From: a virus
Taxonomy: Duplodnaviria; Caudoviricetes
Direction: 5' to 3' (one strand)
IMG/VR virus record: IMGVR_UViG_3300030376_004325
Location: 1 to 34,955 of that record
DNA: 34,955 nucleotides
Under the pieces are notes generated by a model, which saw only the letters and a program-made list of their open reading frames with translations, did no database searches and was not told where the DNA came from. This document shows, in pieces, positions 7,026 to 16,113 of the stretch (positions within the stretch are counted from its first letter, which is position 1; each line of letters starts with the position of its first letter). The translations under genes were made by a program, and so were the position numbers.

Positions 7026-7353
7026 TACAGAAGTATACAGAGAACTATCTAGGGGAGAAGTGTGGGGATTCAAGCAGCAGGTGGAGATGCTGCAGAAGCG
7101 GAAGCGAGAGCTGGAGGAGGCTGGGGTCTACTGCGTCAGCGGATCTAACCGGATCCGGCAGGAGCACAAGGCTGAGTACCGGGAGCTGCTGGATGCTATC
7201 AGCATCTTGGAGCAGAAGGCTGCCGGTAAGGTCAACCCTAAGCCAGCCAGCCAGAAGGCTGCCAGTAAGCCTCAGCAGCAACGGCAGAAGCTCTCTGACG
7301 CTGAGAGGCTGCAGTTTGCTGAACAGCTTGCAGAATTAAGGAGAAGCCTCTAG
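6892..7353 (+). CDS. Hypothetical protein, possibly replication-associated
   Basis: Asn/Thr-rich N-terminus over AT tract, helical C-terminus; start uncertain. Confidence 0.6.
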   Translation: MIITLNKPVSTFSTKSNNSTITRIDNNLVKNNNNTDTDSNNNNKITEVYRELSRGEVWGFKQQVEMLQKRKRELEEAGVYCVSGSNRIRQEHKAEYRELLDAISILEQKAAGKVNPKPASQKAASKPQQQRQKLSDAERLQFAEQLAELRRSL

Positions 7354-7432
7354 AAGCCTCTGTAAGGCATTAGTAGACTGTGAGTACTGTGATGACACTA
7401 AAGAGAAATAAAAAGGCACTGGAGGGCTATCT

Positions 7433-7630
7433 ATGGCTCAGGAAAAGCATATTGCTAACCAACAACTGATGACAGAACTGCAAGAGGCGGAGAAAAGCCT
7501 AGCCAGAGAACTGGCAGGTAAGGAAGGACAGGCAGCAGAAATAATCAGGAGAGGACTGCTGCAACTGCAGAAGGTGAAGAACGCAGAAGGGGAGATCTTG
7601 ATGAAGATAGGGGAGAAGCTATGGCAGTGA
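7433..7630 (+). CDS. Hypothetical protein
   Basis: GGAGG SD; overlaps next gene. Confidence 0.7.
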   Translation: MAQEKHIANQQLMTELQEAEKSLARELAGKEGQAAEIIRRGLLQLQKVKNAEGEILMKIGEKLWQ

Positions 7631-7824
7631 ACAAAGACGGGGAGAAAATCCCACCAATGACGGCAAGAATGCTATTTATGCAAGGCGATTCAATACCGTA
7701 TATTGCCAAATACACCGGAAGACCAAAGCAAGAAGTGGAGGAGGCTCTGAGGTTTGAAATCAGAGAGTTACTCGACTACTGCAGAAAGCACCGATATGGC
7801 AGCAAAGAAGAAAAAAACAGCTAA
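7621..7824 (+). CDS. Small HTH-like protein
   Basis: LFMQGDSIPYIAKYTGRPKQEVEEAL HTH pattern. Confidence 0.65.
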   Translation: MAVNKDGEKIPPMTARMLFMQGDSIPYIAKYTGRPKQEVEEALRFEIRELLDYCRKHRYGSKEEKNS

Positions 7825-8737
7825 GAAGAAGCTGCCCAGAAGGGTGAAGCAGACAGACAAAGCTGTAGCGCAGATGTCTGAGGGAGAAAGGATTGAGAGA
7901 GCGCAGCATCTTGAAACGATTCACCTGCCTAAGTCAGTGATGACAGTTACAAGAGATGTGGCTAGAGGGAAACTGATGGGAAGACCGACAGATTACACTC
8001 CTGAAATAGTTGACTCTTTACTGCGATATATTGCTGCAGGCTTACCGATAGAGAGAGCTGCTGCAGCCACTGGAATTACTAGAGATACGCTTTACAGGTG
8101 GAAAAAAACATTCCCTGACTTTTCGGACAGCATAGCGCACGCAGAGAGTCAATATGCCAACCTCTGCCACATAACTATCAACGAGCAAATCGTCAATGGT
8201 GACGGCCACTTGGCCCTGAAAACACTACAGTCTCGCTTCAGTAAAGACTACAGCACTAGCAAGAAGGTGGAGATGCAGACGATGTCTTTCTCTTCGACGA
8301 TCTCACCTGAGCAACTGCTAGAGATGCAGCAGCAACGTAATGCTCTGGACTCATCATCTGACTATGAATCGAATGTTATTGATGTGGATGCTAAGGATCC
8401 TGAGAGGTTGGGGGCCAATCTAGGGGCCAATCCTAGCCAGCCAGAACAAGAGGGGGGCAGCCCCACAACAGGGGAGGGGGTTGATTCCGCCCCCCACCCC
8501 CCTCCTAACCCTCGCACACCTGACTCTCCCCCTCCTAATTTCTCCACAGAATATCAGAAGCCTGACGCTGATCCTGTACCAGCAGAATCGAGGCTGTACT
8601 GCCTGCAATGCAGCAAGAGCAACCCAGTGGAGAAGCTGGAGATACTGGAGGTCAGGCGGGATGATTATTATGACCACTTTGCTAGGTTTGAATGCTTCTG
8701 TGGGCATCGTGGAGAGAGTCCTGTTTTAGGTGGCTGA
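7796..8737 (+). CDS. terS: Terminase small subunit with C-terminal Pro-rich linker and Zn-ribbon-like motif
   Basis: GRPTDYTPE, AAAATGITRDTLYRW, FPDFSD; upstream of terL; CLQC...CFCG. Confidence 0.8.
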   Translation: MAAKKKKTAKKKLPRRVKQTDKAVAQMSEGERIERAQHLETIHLPKSVMTVTRDVARGKLMGRPTDYTPEIVDSLLRYIAAGLPIERAAAATGITRDTLYRWKKTFPDFSDSIAHAESQYANLCHITINEQIVNGDGHLALKTLQSRFSKDYSTSKKVEMQTMSFSSTISPEQLLEMQQQRNALDSSSDYESNVIDVDAKDPERLGANLGANPSQPEQEGGSPTTGEGVDSAPHPPPNPRTPDSPPPNFSTEYQKPDADPVPAESRLYCLQCSKSNPVEKLEILEVRRDDYYDHFARFECFCGHRGESPVLGG

Positions 8738-9017
8738 TGTTGTCCAGAAGACGCTGGAGCTATTTGGCGGCAGGGTTGTGCCGGAGTGGTATATGAAGCT
8801 AGAGGAGGGATATGCGGATAGCTGGGAGGAGCAGAGGCGGCAGCATAGGCCGGCAGGGGTGGACAGTGCCAAGCAGTATTGGACAGAGTTGAGCTTGAGC
8901 CTCCTGATGCAGCCAAAGCCGGACAAGGGGATGGTGAGGACAGCGATAGAGGCAACGAAGATTGGCAACAAGGATTTGCATCGGAAGCTGAAGGAGAAGC
9001 TGAAGATACTGAGGTGA
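8730..9017 (+). CDS. Hypothetical protein
   Basis: Overlaps both neighbours in operon fashion. Confidence 0.65.
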   Translation: MADVVQKTLELFGGRVVPEWYMKLEEGYADSWEEQRRQHRPAGVDSAKQYWTELSLSLLMQPKPDKGMVRTAIEATKIGNKDLHRKLKEKLKILR

Positions 9018-9478
9018 ACGAGGAGGCAGCAGAGAAGGAGAAGGAGGCTGTAGTGAGGTATATCGCTCACAGCCTCAAGCAGGGGAAGAAGCTGTATTAT
9101 GAGGGCAGCGGGGAGCAGATGAGTCATCTGGACGGGATCCTGACCACAGTGGACTATCTGGAGGCTGCAGTAGAGGTGAAGTGGCGGCGGTTTGATTACA
9201 AGGCACTGATGGAGCAGCACAGTGGTGAGATGCTGCTGGGGAGTGACAAGGTGCTGGCAGGGAAGGCGTTTGCCTTTGCCTTTAGAAAGCCTACCAAGCT
9301 GCTCTATTTGTTGAGTGACTGCCTGCTGGTGCAGGAGTTGGTTAGTGGCAGGGGAGACACTCCTGAGATGATTCGGGAGGCTTGGGTGGAAGGCCCAAAG
9401 AGTGATGACAATAGAAGCAAAATCAGAAAAGCAAACTGCTACTACAAAGCAGAAACAGCAGAAAAGATCCGACTCTGA
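9014..9478 (+). CDS. Putative PD-(D/E)XK-fold nuclease
   Basis: SHLDG...AAVEVKWR; GTG 9014 coupled to upstream stop (GTGA). Confidence 0.6.
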   Translation: MNEEAAEKEKEAVVRYIAHSLKQGKKLYYEGSGEQMSHLDGILTTVDYLEAAVEVKWRRFDYKALMEQHSGEMLLGSDKVLAGKAFAFAFRKPTKLLYLLSDCLLVQELVSGRGDTPEMIREAWVEGPKSDDNRSKIRKANCYYKAETAEKIRL

Positions 9479-10838
9479 CTGTGATGTTTTCGCAGAGAAG
9501 ATCTTTAAGCTAAAGCTGCACCCTTGGCAGAAGAAGGTGCTGCAGAGCCTCAGCAAGCCGAAGACTAGGATAGCCCTGAAGGCAGCCAACGGTTCAGGGA
9601 AGACGGCGATGTGTGCGGCTCCTGCAGCCTTGTGGCACGCCCTGCTGTATCCCAACAGCGTTTGCGTTACGACTTCGGGGGTATACCGGCAGGTGAAGGA
9701 ACAGATGTGGCCAACGATCAGGAGCTTGGCCCGGAAGGTTGGAGGCTTGGGGATCCAGATCAATCAGACTGAGCTGAGTACACCTAACGGCAGCAGGGTG
9801 ATAGGGTTCAGTACAGACGATCCCGGCAGGTTTGAGGGTTGGCACGCTGATAACCTTTTGATGATAATTGATGAGGCTAAGACGGTGAAGGATGAGATCT
9901 TTATGGCTTTGGAACGATGCCAGCCAAATAGGGTGCTACTGATGTCATCACCGGGAGGCTGTAAAGGACAGTTTTATAGATGCTTCAGTAAGGAACAGGA
10001 TTTCTGGGATCTGCATACGGTTACAGCCTATGACTGTCCGCATATAGAAAAGGAGTGGATAGATAACCAGATAGAGAAATGGGGAGCAAGTCACCCACTG
10101 ATTGCTTCGATGATCAGAGCGGAATTTATGGAGGAGTCAGGAGAGAGCACAGTGATCCCTTGGGATAGCCTGATGCACTGTCTGGAGAATCCTCCAAAGA
10201 AACAGAAGGGTGAGGTAGTGGCTGCTGTAGACTTTGCAGCAGGAGCTGATGAGAACGTCCTCTGCGTCAGGAACGGCAACCACATCACCAAGCTCCTGAG
10301 CTGGAGAGATCGGAATACGATGGCAGCCTGTGGCAGGTTTGCCTTGGAGTTTGAGAGGGCTGGGCTAAAGCCTCAACAGATCTTTTGTGATGCTGGAGGC
10401 TTGGGGCTGCCAATGGCACAGCAGTTGGCAGAAATGGGTTGGCCTATGCACCAGATCAATTTAGGCAGTCGAGCACACGAACCTGACAGGTTTGCCAATA
10501 GATCGGCAGAGATGTGGTTTAACGCAGCCAGACAGATCGAGAAGTCGGATATTGTTGTGCCTGATGATGAGATCCTGCACGCCCAGCTAACCAACCGGAG
10601 AGTGGCAACAACTAAGACAGGGAAGCTAAATCTGGAGAGCAAAGCAGAATGCAGGGCAAGAGGCTTCAGCAGCCCAGACAGGGCTGATGCCTTTGTAATG
10701 GCAGCTTCCTACACTTCGGAGTTCCTGATGCAGGAGGGGCCAAGGCAGGCCACTCTGGAGGATATATTTGAGGAGGGGCTGCTGGAGTTAAACGGAGAGA
10801 ATCAACTAATCAATTCAATGGGGATCAACACGGGATGA
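9402..10838 (+). CDS. terL: Terminase large subunit
   Basis: LHPWQ, Walker A AANGSGKT, Walker B LMIIDEA, nuclease AVDFAAGADE and SPDRADA. Confidence 0.95.
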   Translation: MMTIEAKSEKQTATTKQKQQKRSDSDCDVFAEKIFKLKLHPWQKKVLQSLSKPKTRIALKAANGSGKTAMCAAPAALWHALLYPNSVCVTTSGVYRQVKEQMWPTIRSLARKVGGLGIQINQTELSTPNGSRVIGFSTDDPGRFEGWHADNLLMIIDEAKTVKDEIFMALERCQPNRVLLMSSPGGCKGQFYRCFSKEQDFWDLHTVTAYDCPHIEKEWIDNQIEKWGASHPLIASMIRAEFMEESGESTVIPWDSLMHCLENPPKKQKGEVVAAVDFAAGADENVLCVRNGNHITKLLSWRDRNTMAACGRFALEFERAGLKPQQIFCDAGGLGLPMAQQLAEMGWPMHQINLGSRAHEPDRFANRSAEMWFNAARQIEKSDIVVPDDEILHAQLTNRRVATTKTGKLNLESKAECRARGFSSPDRADAFVMAASYTSEFLMQEGPRQATLEDIFEEGLLELNGENQLINSMGINTG

Positions 10839-11059
10839 TAGGAATAATTAGAGTAATACTGGAGATACTGAAAGAGGCTTTTGGTTATGCAAAAGAAACA
10901 GAAAAAACACAGATACAGAAGCAGGCTGCTGATCGTCAGTCTGATAAGCGCAGCCGTCTTGACAAGTGGCTGCAAGACCCCGATTCAGTTGGACAACACG
11001 AAGACCCTGATAGAGGGGAACCCGAAGGGATTCAGGGACGCGATGAAGAGCAGCCCTGA
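10835..11059 (+). CDS. Putative i-spanin (Rz-like)
   Basis: Hydrophobic N-terminus then charged helix; overlapped out of frame by a lipoprotein gene. Confidence 0.5.
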   Translation: MIGIIRVILEILKEAFGYAKETEKTQIQKQAADRQSDKRSRLDKWLQDPDSVGQHEDPDRGEPEGIQGRDEEQP

Positions 11060-11135
11060 AGGCCGGAAGTTTGTAGAGGACACTCTGGAGGTGATTATAG
11101 ATCTGGAGTACGAGATTGAGAAAGCAGTGGAGTGA
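10887..11135 (+). CDS. Lipoprotein, putative o-spanin (Rz1-like)
   Basis: Basic n-region, hydrophobic h-region, lipobox LTSG-C. Confidence 0.65.
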   Translation: MQKKQKKHRYRSRLLIVSLISAAVLTSGCKTPIQLDNTKTLIEGNPKGFRDAMKSSPEGRKFVEDTLEVIIDLEYEIEKAVE

Positions 11136-11662
11136 GCTGGATGCAAATAATCGGACTGAGCGGAACCAAGCGAAGCGGTAAGGATACGGTCTGCCGGCTG
11201 ATGCAGGAGATCACCAGAAAGGGCCGGCTCAAGCGGGAGGCATTTGCTGACAACCTCAAGCAGGAGGTTGCTGAGATGCTAAACGTCAAGGTGGAGATGA
11301 TTGAGCAGGACAAGGAGAGGTTTAGACCGATGCTGCAGTGGTACGGTGCAGACTACTGCCGGCACTACTTCGGTAAATCCTACTGGATTGATCAGATGTT
11401 TGATAAAGTAAGATACAACTTTGACAAGAAGCAGATCACTGTAATCACCGATGTCAGGTATCCCAACGAAGCCCACTTCATCCGAAGCAGGGGCGTTCTG
11501 GTGAACGTACAGAGAGACACAGGGCTGCAGGATTCACACAGCTCAGAGAACGCCCTGAAAGACTTTGATGGCTACGATTACACTATCAACAACAACGAAG
11601 GCTTGGAGGAGCTGAAGAAGAAAGTGCAAAAGTTGTTTTGTGAAATCGACGCTATTGCCTAG
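11132..11662 (+). CDS. Deoxynucleoside monophosphate kinase (T4 gp1-like)
   Basis: IIGLSGTKRSGKDT, AFADNLK, RPMLQWYG, ITDVRYPNEA, HSSE. Confidence 0.9.
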   Translation: MSWMQIIGLSGTKRSGKDTVCRLMQEITRKGRLKREAFADNLKQEVAEMLNVKVEMIEQDKERFRPMLQWYGADYCRHYFGKSYWIDQMFDKVRYNFDKKQITVITDVRYPNEAHFIRSRGVLVNVQRDTGLQDSHSSENALKDFDGYDYTINNNEGLEELKKKVQKLFCEIDAIA

Positions 11663-11671
11663 AGTGGCTGT

Positions 11672-11755
11672 GTTGACTGCGGTCTGAATTAGTTCTTATT
11701 CGCGGTTTACATATCTGTGTGGCCGTCCCCTTTTTCTGAGGGGGCGGCTTTTTTT
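11672..11755 (+). ncRNA. Candidate trans-acting antisense sRNA targeting early-gene start codons
   Basis: Candidate TTGTGA-16 bp-TAGAGT promoter (11638-11665); imperfect hairpin 11675-11707; seed TACATATCTGTGTG 11708-11721; terminator 11721-11755. 5' end uncertain. Confidence 0.7.
11721..11755 (+). terminator. Intrinsic terminator
   Basis: GCCGTCCCCT / AGGGGGCGGC stem plus T7. Confidence 0.85.
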
Positions 11756-11923
11756 ATGTCTCCAGAAGATCAAGCAACAGCATTCAGTCAGGATCTGGCT
11801 AAACTAATAGACAGATACGCTCAAGAGTTCGAGCTGAATTACGCAACAATTATCGGCGTTCTGGCGATGCACCAGACAATTTTATCACTGGACGCTGTTA
11901 CCGCCGGAGATGCGGATAAATAA
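11756..11923 (+). CDS. Hypothetical protein (55 aa)
   Basis: ATG 11756; stop abuts portal start. Confidence 0.7.
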   Translation: MSPEDQATAFSQDLAKLIDRYAQEFELNYATIIGVLAMHQTILSLDAVTAGDADK

Positions 11924-13807
11924 ATGCACAGAGAAAAATTAAACGCCAGTGTCCTGCAGGATCTGGCAGATCGTAGCCTCTGGGACACTCGCCAGAGAAT
12001 GTTTTATGAGATGAGGCATCACGGTCTTCGTCGCAAGACGAAGCCTTGGCCAACTGCCTCAGATGTTCACTTTCCGCTGAGTGACTCAATCATCGAGAAA
12101 CTCAAGCCCCACTATTTTCAGCAGCTATTCGCTACTGATCTGGTAGCCAGCTTTATCCCCAACAGCCCACAGGTTGCAGAGCTAACCACTGCAGCAGCTC
12201 AGTGGTTTGATCACCGCCTCAAGCAGAAGAGCAATCTGGAGACTGAGATCCTTACTGTGATCGACAGCACACTGGTAAGTGGTACGGGGTTGATGAAAGT
12301 GGTTTGGAATCACCACAAGAAGTGTTTGGATTACTACGCTGTAGATCCTCAGCACTTGATCGTTCCACCCAACACTAGGAGCTTGGAGACGGCTGACAGG
12401 ATCACGCAGGTGAGCACCTACACAGTGGAGGCTTACAAGCGTAACAAGACTCTAGATCAGGATCCTGAAGTGCTGGAGCAGATTGTTGGCAGCTACGATG
12501 AAGAGTCTGGGGATCTAACAACCAGAGAGATCAAGTATCAGCGGGAGGGTTTAACCTTCGACAGCAAGGGCCGGATCATCGTCTGGGAAGTTTACTATCG
12601 CTGCGAGGAATCAGGGGAGTGGAGGATCTGCACCTACTCACCTACACAGCCGGATCTGAATCTGCGTCCTGTGATGAAGATCCCGTATAACCACGGCAAG
12701 CCTCCCTTTGTTGCTTTCCCTTACGAGATTAAGGATGCCGGATATTACAGCAGCCGGGGAGTGGTGGAACAGGTGGCAATATTTGAGGCACAGCTCTGCA
12801 AGCTGTTGAACGAGAAGAATGACGCAATGACTCTCTTCAATCAGCCTCTGTACCGTACCAGCAGAGAGATCCCCAACGCCGGCAATATCCGAATGTCACC
12901 GGGGCAGATCCTGCCCTACGACATCCAGCCGGTAGCCCAGCAATCCCCTCCAATCAGCTTTGATCAGCAGATGAACCTGATGCGGGAGATTGCCCAGCAA
13001 AGGATTAGCACGCCGGACTTTGGGTTGAACCAGACGCTCGCCTTTCCAGAACGCAGAACAGCCACAGAGGTCGAGGCAGTAAGCAATCTTTCACAGCAAA
13101 GCACAGACTTGAGGATGCGGATCTTCCGCATTGCTTTGGGGAAACTGTACCGTATGAGCTGGAGCTTACTGCAGCAGTACGATTCTACAGATCTGAACTA
13201 CTGGTATCTGGACACTGCACAGGAGATTCCACAGGAAGCACTGGGGCAGAACTATACGATCCAGCCAACTGGATCCGCTGACGGGGTGAATAAAACCTTT
13301 CTGTTCAACAAGGCAATGCAACGCCTGCAGATGTTTAACAATGACCCCTTTATCAACCAGAGCCAACTCAGGAAGTCGGTTCTGGAAGCTGATGACGCGA
13401 CACTGGTCAAGAGACTATTTCAGGATCCAAATATCCAAGCGTCTGATCAGGCTGAACAACAAGCCGAAGAGATCGGCATACTAAGGCTTGGCTTCCCGGC
13501 ACAGGTTAAGCCGGCTGACGATGATCTGGTGCATATCCAAACGGTGATGCAGTACATCCAACAGAGAGCTGCAGAAGGGGCAGCCCCTGAGCCAATAGAG
13601 GGGCAGATGCTACAGCAACATTTAGCTGCACACGTTACGCAGTTGAAGGAGAAGGATCCCAAAGCCGGCAGGGAGATCGAGCGGGATCTAAGCGAGTTTT
13701 TTGAGCAGGCAGCTCAAGCAGCAAATGAAGCGACTAACACAGATATGGAGAACGCTGAGGGCGTTCAACAGGAACAACGGATACCCGCAACCCCCGGAGT
13801 GGGGTGA
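11924..13807 (+). CDS. Portal protein
   Basis: 627 aa after terL; KPWPTASD, GTGLMKV, SRGVVE, RTATEV; Gln-rich tail. Confidence 0.9.
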   Translation: MHREKLNASVLQDLADRSLWDTRQRMFYEMRHHGLRRKTKPWPTASDVHFPLSDSIIEKLKPHYFQQLFATDLVASFIPNSPQVAELTTAAAQWFDHRLKQKSNLETEILTVIDSTLVSGTGLMKVVWNHHKKCLDYYAVDPQHLIVPPNTRSLETADRITQVSTYTVEAYKRNKTLDQDPEVLEQIVGSYDEESGDLTTREIKYQREGLTFDSKGRIIVWEVYYRCEESGEWRICTYSPTQPDLNLRPVMKIPYNHGKPPFVAFPYEIKDAGYYSSRGVVEQVAIFEAQLCKLLNEKNDAMTLFNQPLYRTSREIPNAGNIRMSPGQILPYDIQPVAQQSPPISFDQQMNLMREIAQQRISTPDFGLNQTLAFPERRTATEVEAVSNLSQQSTDLRMRIFRIALGKLYRMSWSLLQQYDSTDLNYWYLDTAQEIPQEALGQNYTIQPTGSADGVNKTFLFNKAMQRLQMFNNDPFINQSQLRKSVLEADDATLVKRLFQDPNIQASDQAEQQAEEIGILRLGFPAQVKPADDDLVHIQTVMQYIQQRAAEGAAPEPIEGQMLQQHLAAHVTQLKEKDPKAGREIERDLSEFFEQAAQAANEATNTDMENAEGVQQEQRIPATPGVG

Positions 13808-14075
13808 TCAGGATACTGAAGCACTAAGAGCTTTCTTCAGTTCCTCCACAGGGCAGAAATTAAATAGTTCACTTCTACAGTTGCACCTGCACCAAATGGA
13901 AAGACTAATTTCGAGCAGCAAGTCGAATCTGACTTATGAAGCAGGTTGGGCTGGAGGATTTAAGGGTGCTCTTGCATCTATTGACGGGCTAATGGTGAGA
14001 CAACCAGAAAAAGCCCCGGTAGCTGAGGGAGTGACAGATGACCTAGCTTGGTTATTGAACCCTAGAAAATTCTAA
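13725..14075 (+). CDS. Hypothetical head-module protein
   Basis: Between portal and scaffold; ATG 13725 preferred. Confidence 0.7.
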   Translation: MKRLTQIWRTLRAFNRNNGYPQPPEWGDQDTEALRAFFSSSTGQKLNSSLLQLHLHQMERLISSSKSNLTYEAGWAGGFKGALASIDGLMVRQPEKAPVAEGVTDDLAWLLNPRKF

Positions 14076-14081
14076 AAATTT

Positions 14082-15026
14082 ATGTCTGACACAGGTACAG
14101 TACAAGCTGGTGAGGTAGAAATCACACGCGATCAGCTATTAGGGCAGCTCTCTGAAATAGATGGCAATGCCCCCGCGAGTGACACTGCGAGCACCCCAAC
14201 CTCTGACAACGCAGCAGAGGAACCAACTAGCGAGACGGTCAACGTAGAAGACAAAGCCAAGGAAGAAGCTCCTGAGCCACAGGATGCGCCAGAAGAGCCT
14301 TCTGAGGAAAAACCAAAGTCGAAGTATACCAGAGCTAAAAAGAGCCAAGAGAGGGCTAATAAGAGCTGGAAAGAAGTAAACGCTGCCAAAGAGGACTTAA
14401 AGGCAGAGCAAGCAAAGTTGGCTGAAGAACGTCAACAGCTTGAAGCTAAAAAAGCAGATGCGTTTTCAGATATTCAGCAACGTAAGGAAGCCGCACAATT
14501 CACCCCAGATGACTACGAGCAGATAGCGAAGGAGTACCGGGAAGAAGGGCGCGATGACCTTGCAGAGTTAGCACTACAGAAAGCTCAAACAGCTAGGGAT
14601 ACGATACAGCAGCAGGAAGTTCTCAACGCGCAGAGGACGGTTATGGAGCAATGGGAGTCAAACTTGAGTCAGCAGGTGAAGGATAATCCTGAACTGAAGA
14701 ATCAAGACTCCGAACTGTATAAATACACTTCTGAACTGCTTGATCGTAAGAAGATTTTGGCAACCTACCCAGAGGGCATCAACGATGCAGTGGAAGCTGC
14801 TAAGGCGTTTCTTAAAGCGAAGAAAGCGGATGACTTGGAGGTCGAAGTGAATCGTCTCAAGAAAGAGAACGAGGAGCTAAACGGCAAATTACAAATAAAC
14901 GGAACAACCGTTGACCAATCGGGTAGATTGGAATCCTTTAACGATATGACAGCAGAACGCCAAAGAAGCGAACTGCTGAAGATAGTCAAGGATCACGATC
15001 AACGGGGTGCAGCTATAAACTTATAA
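14082..15026 (+). CDS. Capsid scaffolding protein
   Basis: Acidic coiled-coil protein directly upstream of the capsid gene. Confidence 0.8.
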   Translation: MSDTGTVQAGEVEITRDQLLGQLSEIDGNAPASDTASTPTSDNAAEEPTSETVNVEDKAKEEAPEPQDAPEEPSEEKPKSKYTRAKKSQERANKSWKEVNAAKEDLKAEQAKLAEERQQLEAKKADAFSDIQQRKEAAQFTPDDYEQIAKEYREEGRDDLAELALQKAQTARDTIQQQEVLNAQRTVMEQWESNLSQQVKDNPELKNQDSELYKYTSELLDRKKILATYPEGINDAVEAAKAFLKAKKADDLEVEVNRLKKENEELNGKLQINGTTVDQSGRLESFNDMTAERQRSELLKIVKDHDQRGAAINL

Positions 15027-15039
15027 ATAGAATAGAACA

Positions 15040-16068
15040 ATGGCAGGAATTACAGATACCTCAAGTGCTGGAATTAGTGACAGCTTACAAAGGTACTTTT
15101 CAAAAGAACTACTCAAGCAGATAGTTCAAAACATCGTTCTGGAACAGTTCGCTAAAAAGGCAAACCTTCCAGAAAAAGCGGGAAAAAACTCAGTGCGTTT
15201 TTTCAGTTATGTTGAACCAGAAACCAGCAATATTAAAGGTCTTACCGAAGGTGACGGACACAGCTCAGGCACAGCTTGGGCCAAAGGTGCGTACAAGGAA
15301 TTGACGCTTAATAAAGTTGACGTTGATCTTCAGCAATACGGTCAAGTGATTGGAATTTCTGATCTCTTAACCGCACAGGCTCTCTTTGATCACCTTGAGC
15401 AGGCTACCACTGTCAACGGTCAGGATGCAGCTCTGCACTTGGATACCAAGATCGCTTACACCTTGGGTGATGACACTTCTATCACTGGAGGGACTGCGAT
15501 GACGGCAAACAAGATCGAACGATTCGCTGGTTCTGCAGCTTATTACGCAGCAGCTCCTACATCATCTCAGGTTATGACAGGTCTTGAGTTGCTGGACACA
15601 GCTACGGCTCTGAAGGTCAACAACGCTCCGGCTACTAATGGCTATTACACTGCTGTTGCGGATCCAAGAGTGTTGCGTGATTTGCAGAATGATTCTGATT
15701 GGATCAGCTCACGCCACTACGGTGATCCTGATGCAATTATGAAGGGTGAAGTTGGTCGTTATGCAGGTATCCGCTGCATCGAGACAACCAACGCCTATCA
15801 GACTGAGCACGGCAACGCTACCAAGCGAGTCACCTATAACGCAACTGGCGGGGTTTACTCCACGTTTGTGTTTGGTGATCAAGCCTTCGGTACTGTGGAT
15901 CTGGCTTCTCAAAGCCCCTACGCTCCGAAGATGCAGATTGCTCAGGGGGCAGATAAGACTGATCCGCTCGCACAGCTCACCACTGTTGGCTTCAAGACCT
16001 ACTACGGTCAGGCAATCCTGCAGCCGAAATTTTTGGCTCAGGTCTACAGTGGTACAAACTACAGCTAA
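15040..16068 (+). CDS. Major capsid protein (N4-gp56-like)
   Basis: QFAKKANLP..GK.VRF, LTEG, LQQYG, GEVGRYAGIR, DPLAQL.TVGFK. Confidence 0.92.
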   Translation: MAGITDTSSAGISDSLQRYFSKELLKQIVQNIVLEQFAKKANLPEKAGKNSVRFFSYVEPETSNIKGLTEGDGHSSGTAWAKGAYKELTLNKVDVDLQQYGQVIGISDLLTAQALFDHLEQATTVNGQDAALHLDTKIAYTLGDDTSITGGTAMTANKIERFAGSAAYYAAAPTSSQVMTGLELLDTATALKVNNAPATNGYYTAVADPRVLRDLQNDSDWISSRHYGDPDAIMKGEVGRYAGIRCIETTNAYQTEHGNATKRVTYNATGGVYSTFVFGDQAFGTVDLASQSPYAPKMQIAQGADKTDPLAQLTTVGFKTYYGQAILQPKFLAQVYSGTNYS

Positions 16069-16076
16069 GATTAACC

Positions 16077-16108
16077 AACTGGGAGGGGGTAATTCCCCTC
16101 CTAGTTTA
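16077..16108 (+). terminator. Hairpin / weak terminator after capsid gene
   Basis: AACTGGGAGGGG / CCCCTCCTAGTT stem, short T tail. Confidence 0.6.
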
Positions 16109-16113
16109 TACTT

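Noticed and set aside
8726-9763. 345-aa minus-strand ORF and other antisense ORFs
   Set aside because: Shadows of well-supported + strand genes, with no motifs.
11707-11720. Minus-strand gene starting at ACACAGATATG
   Set aside because: ATG is followed immediately by TAA; promoter/terminator polarity favours a + strand antisense RNA.
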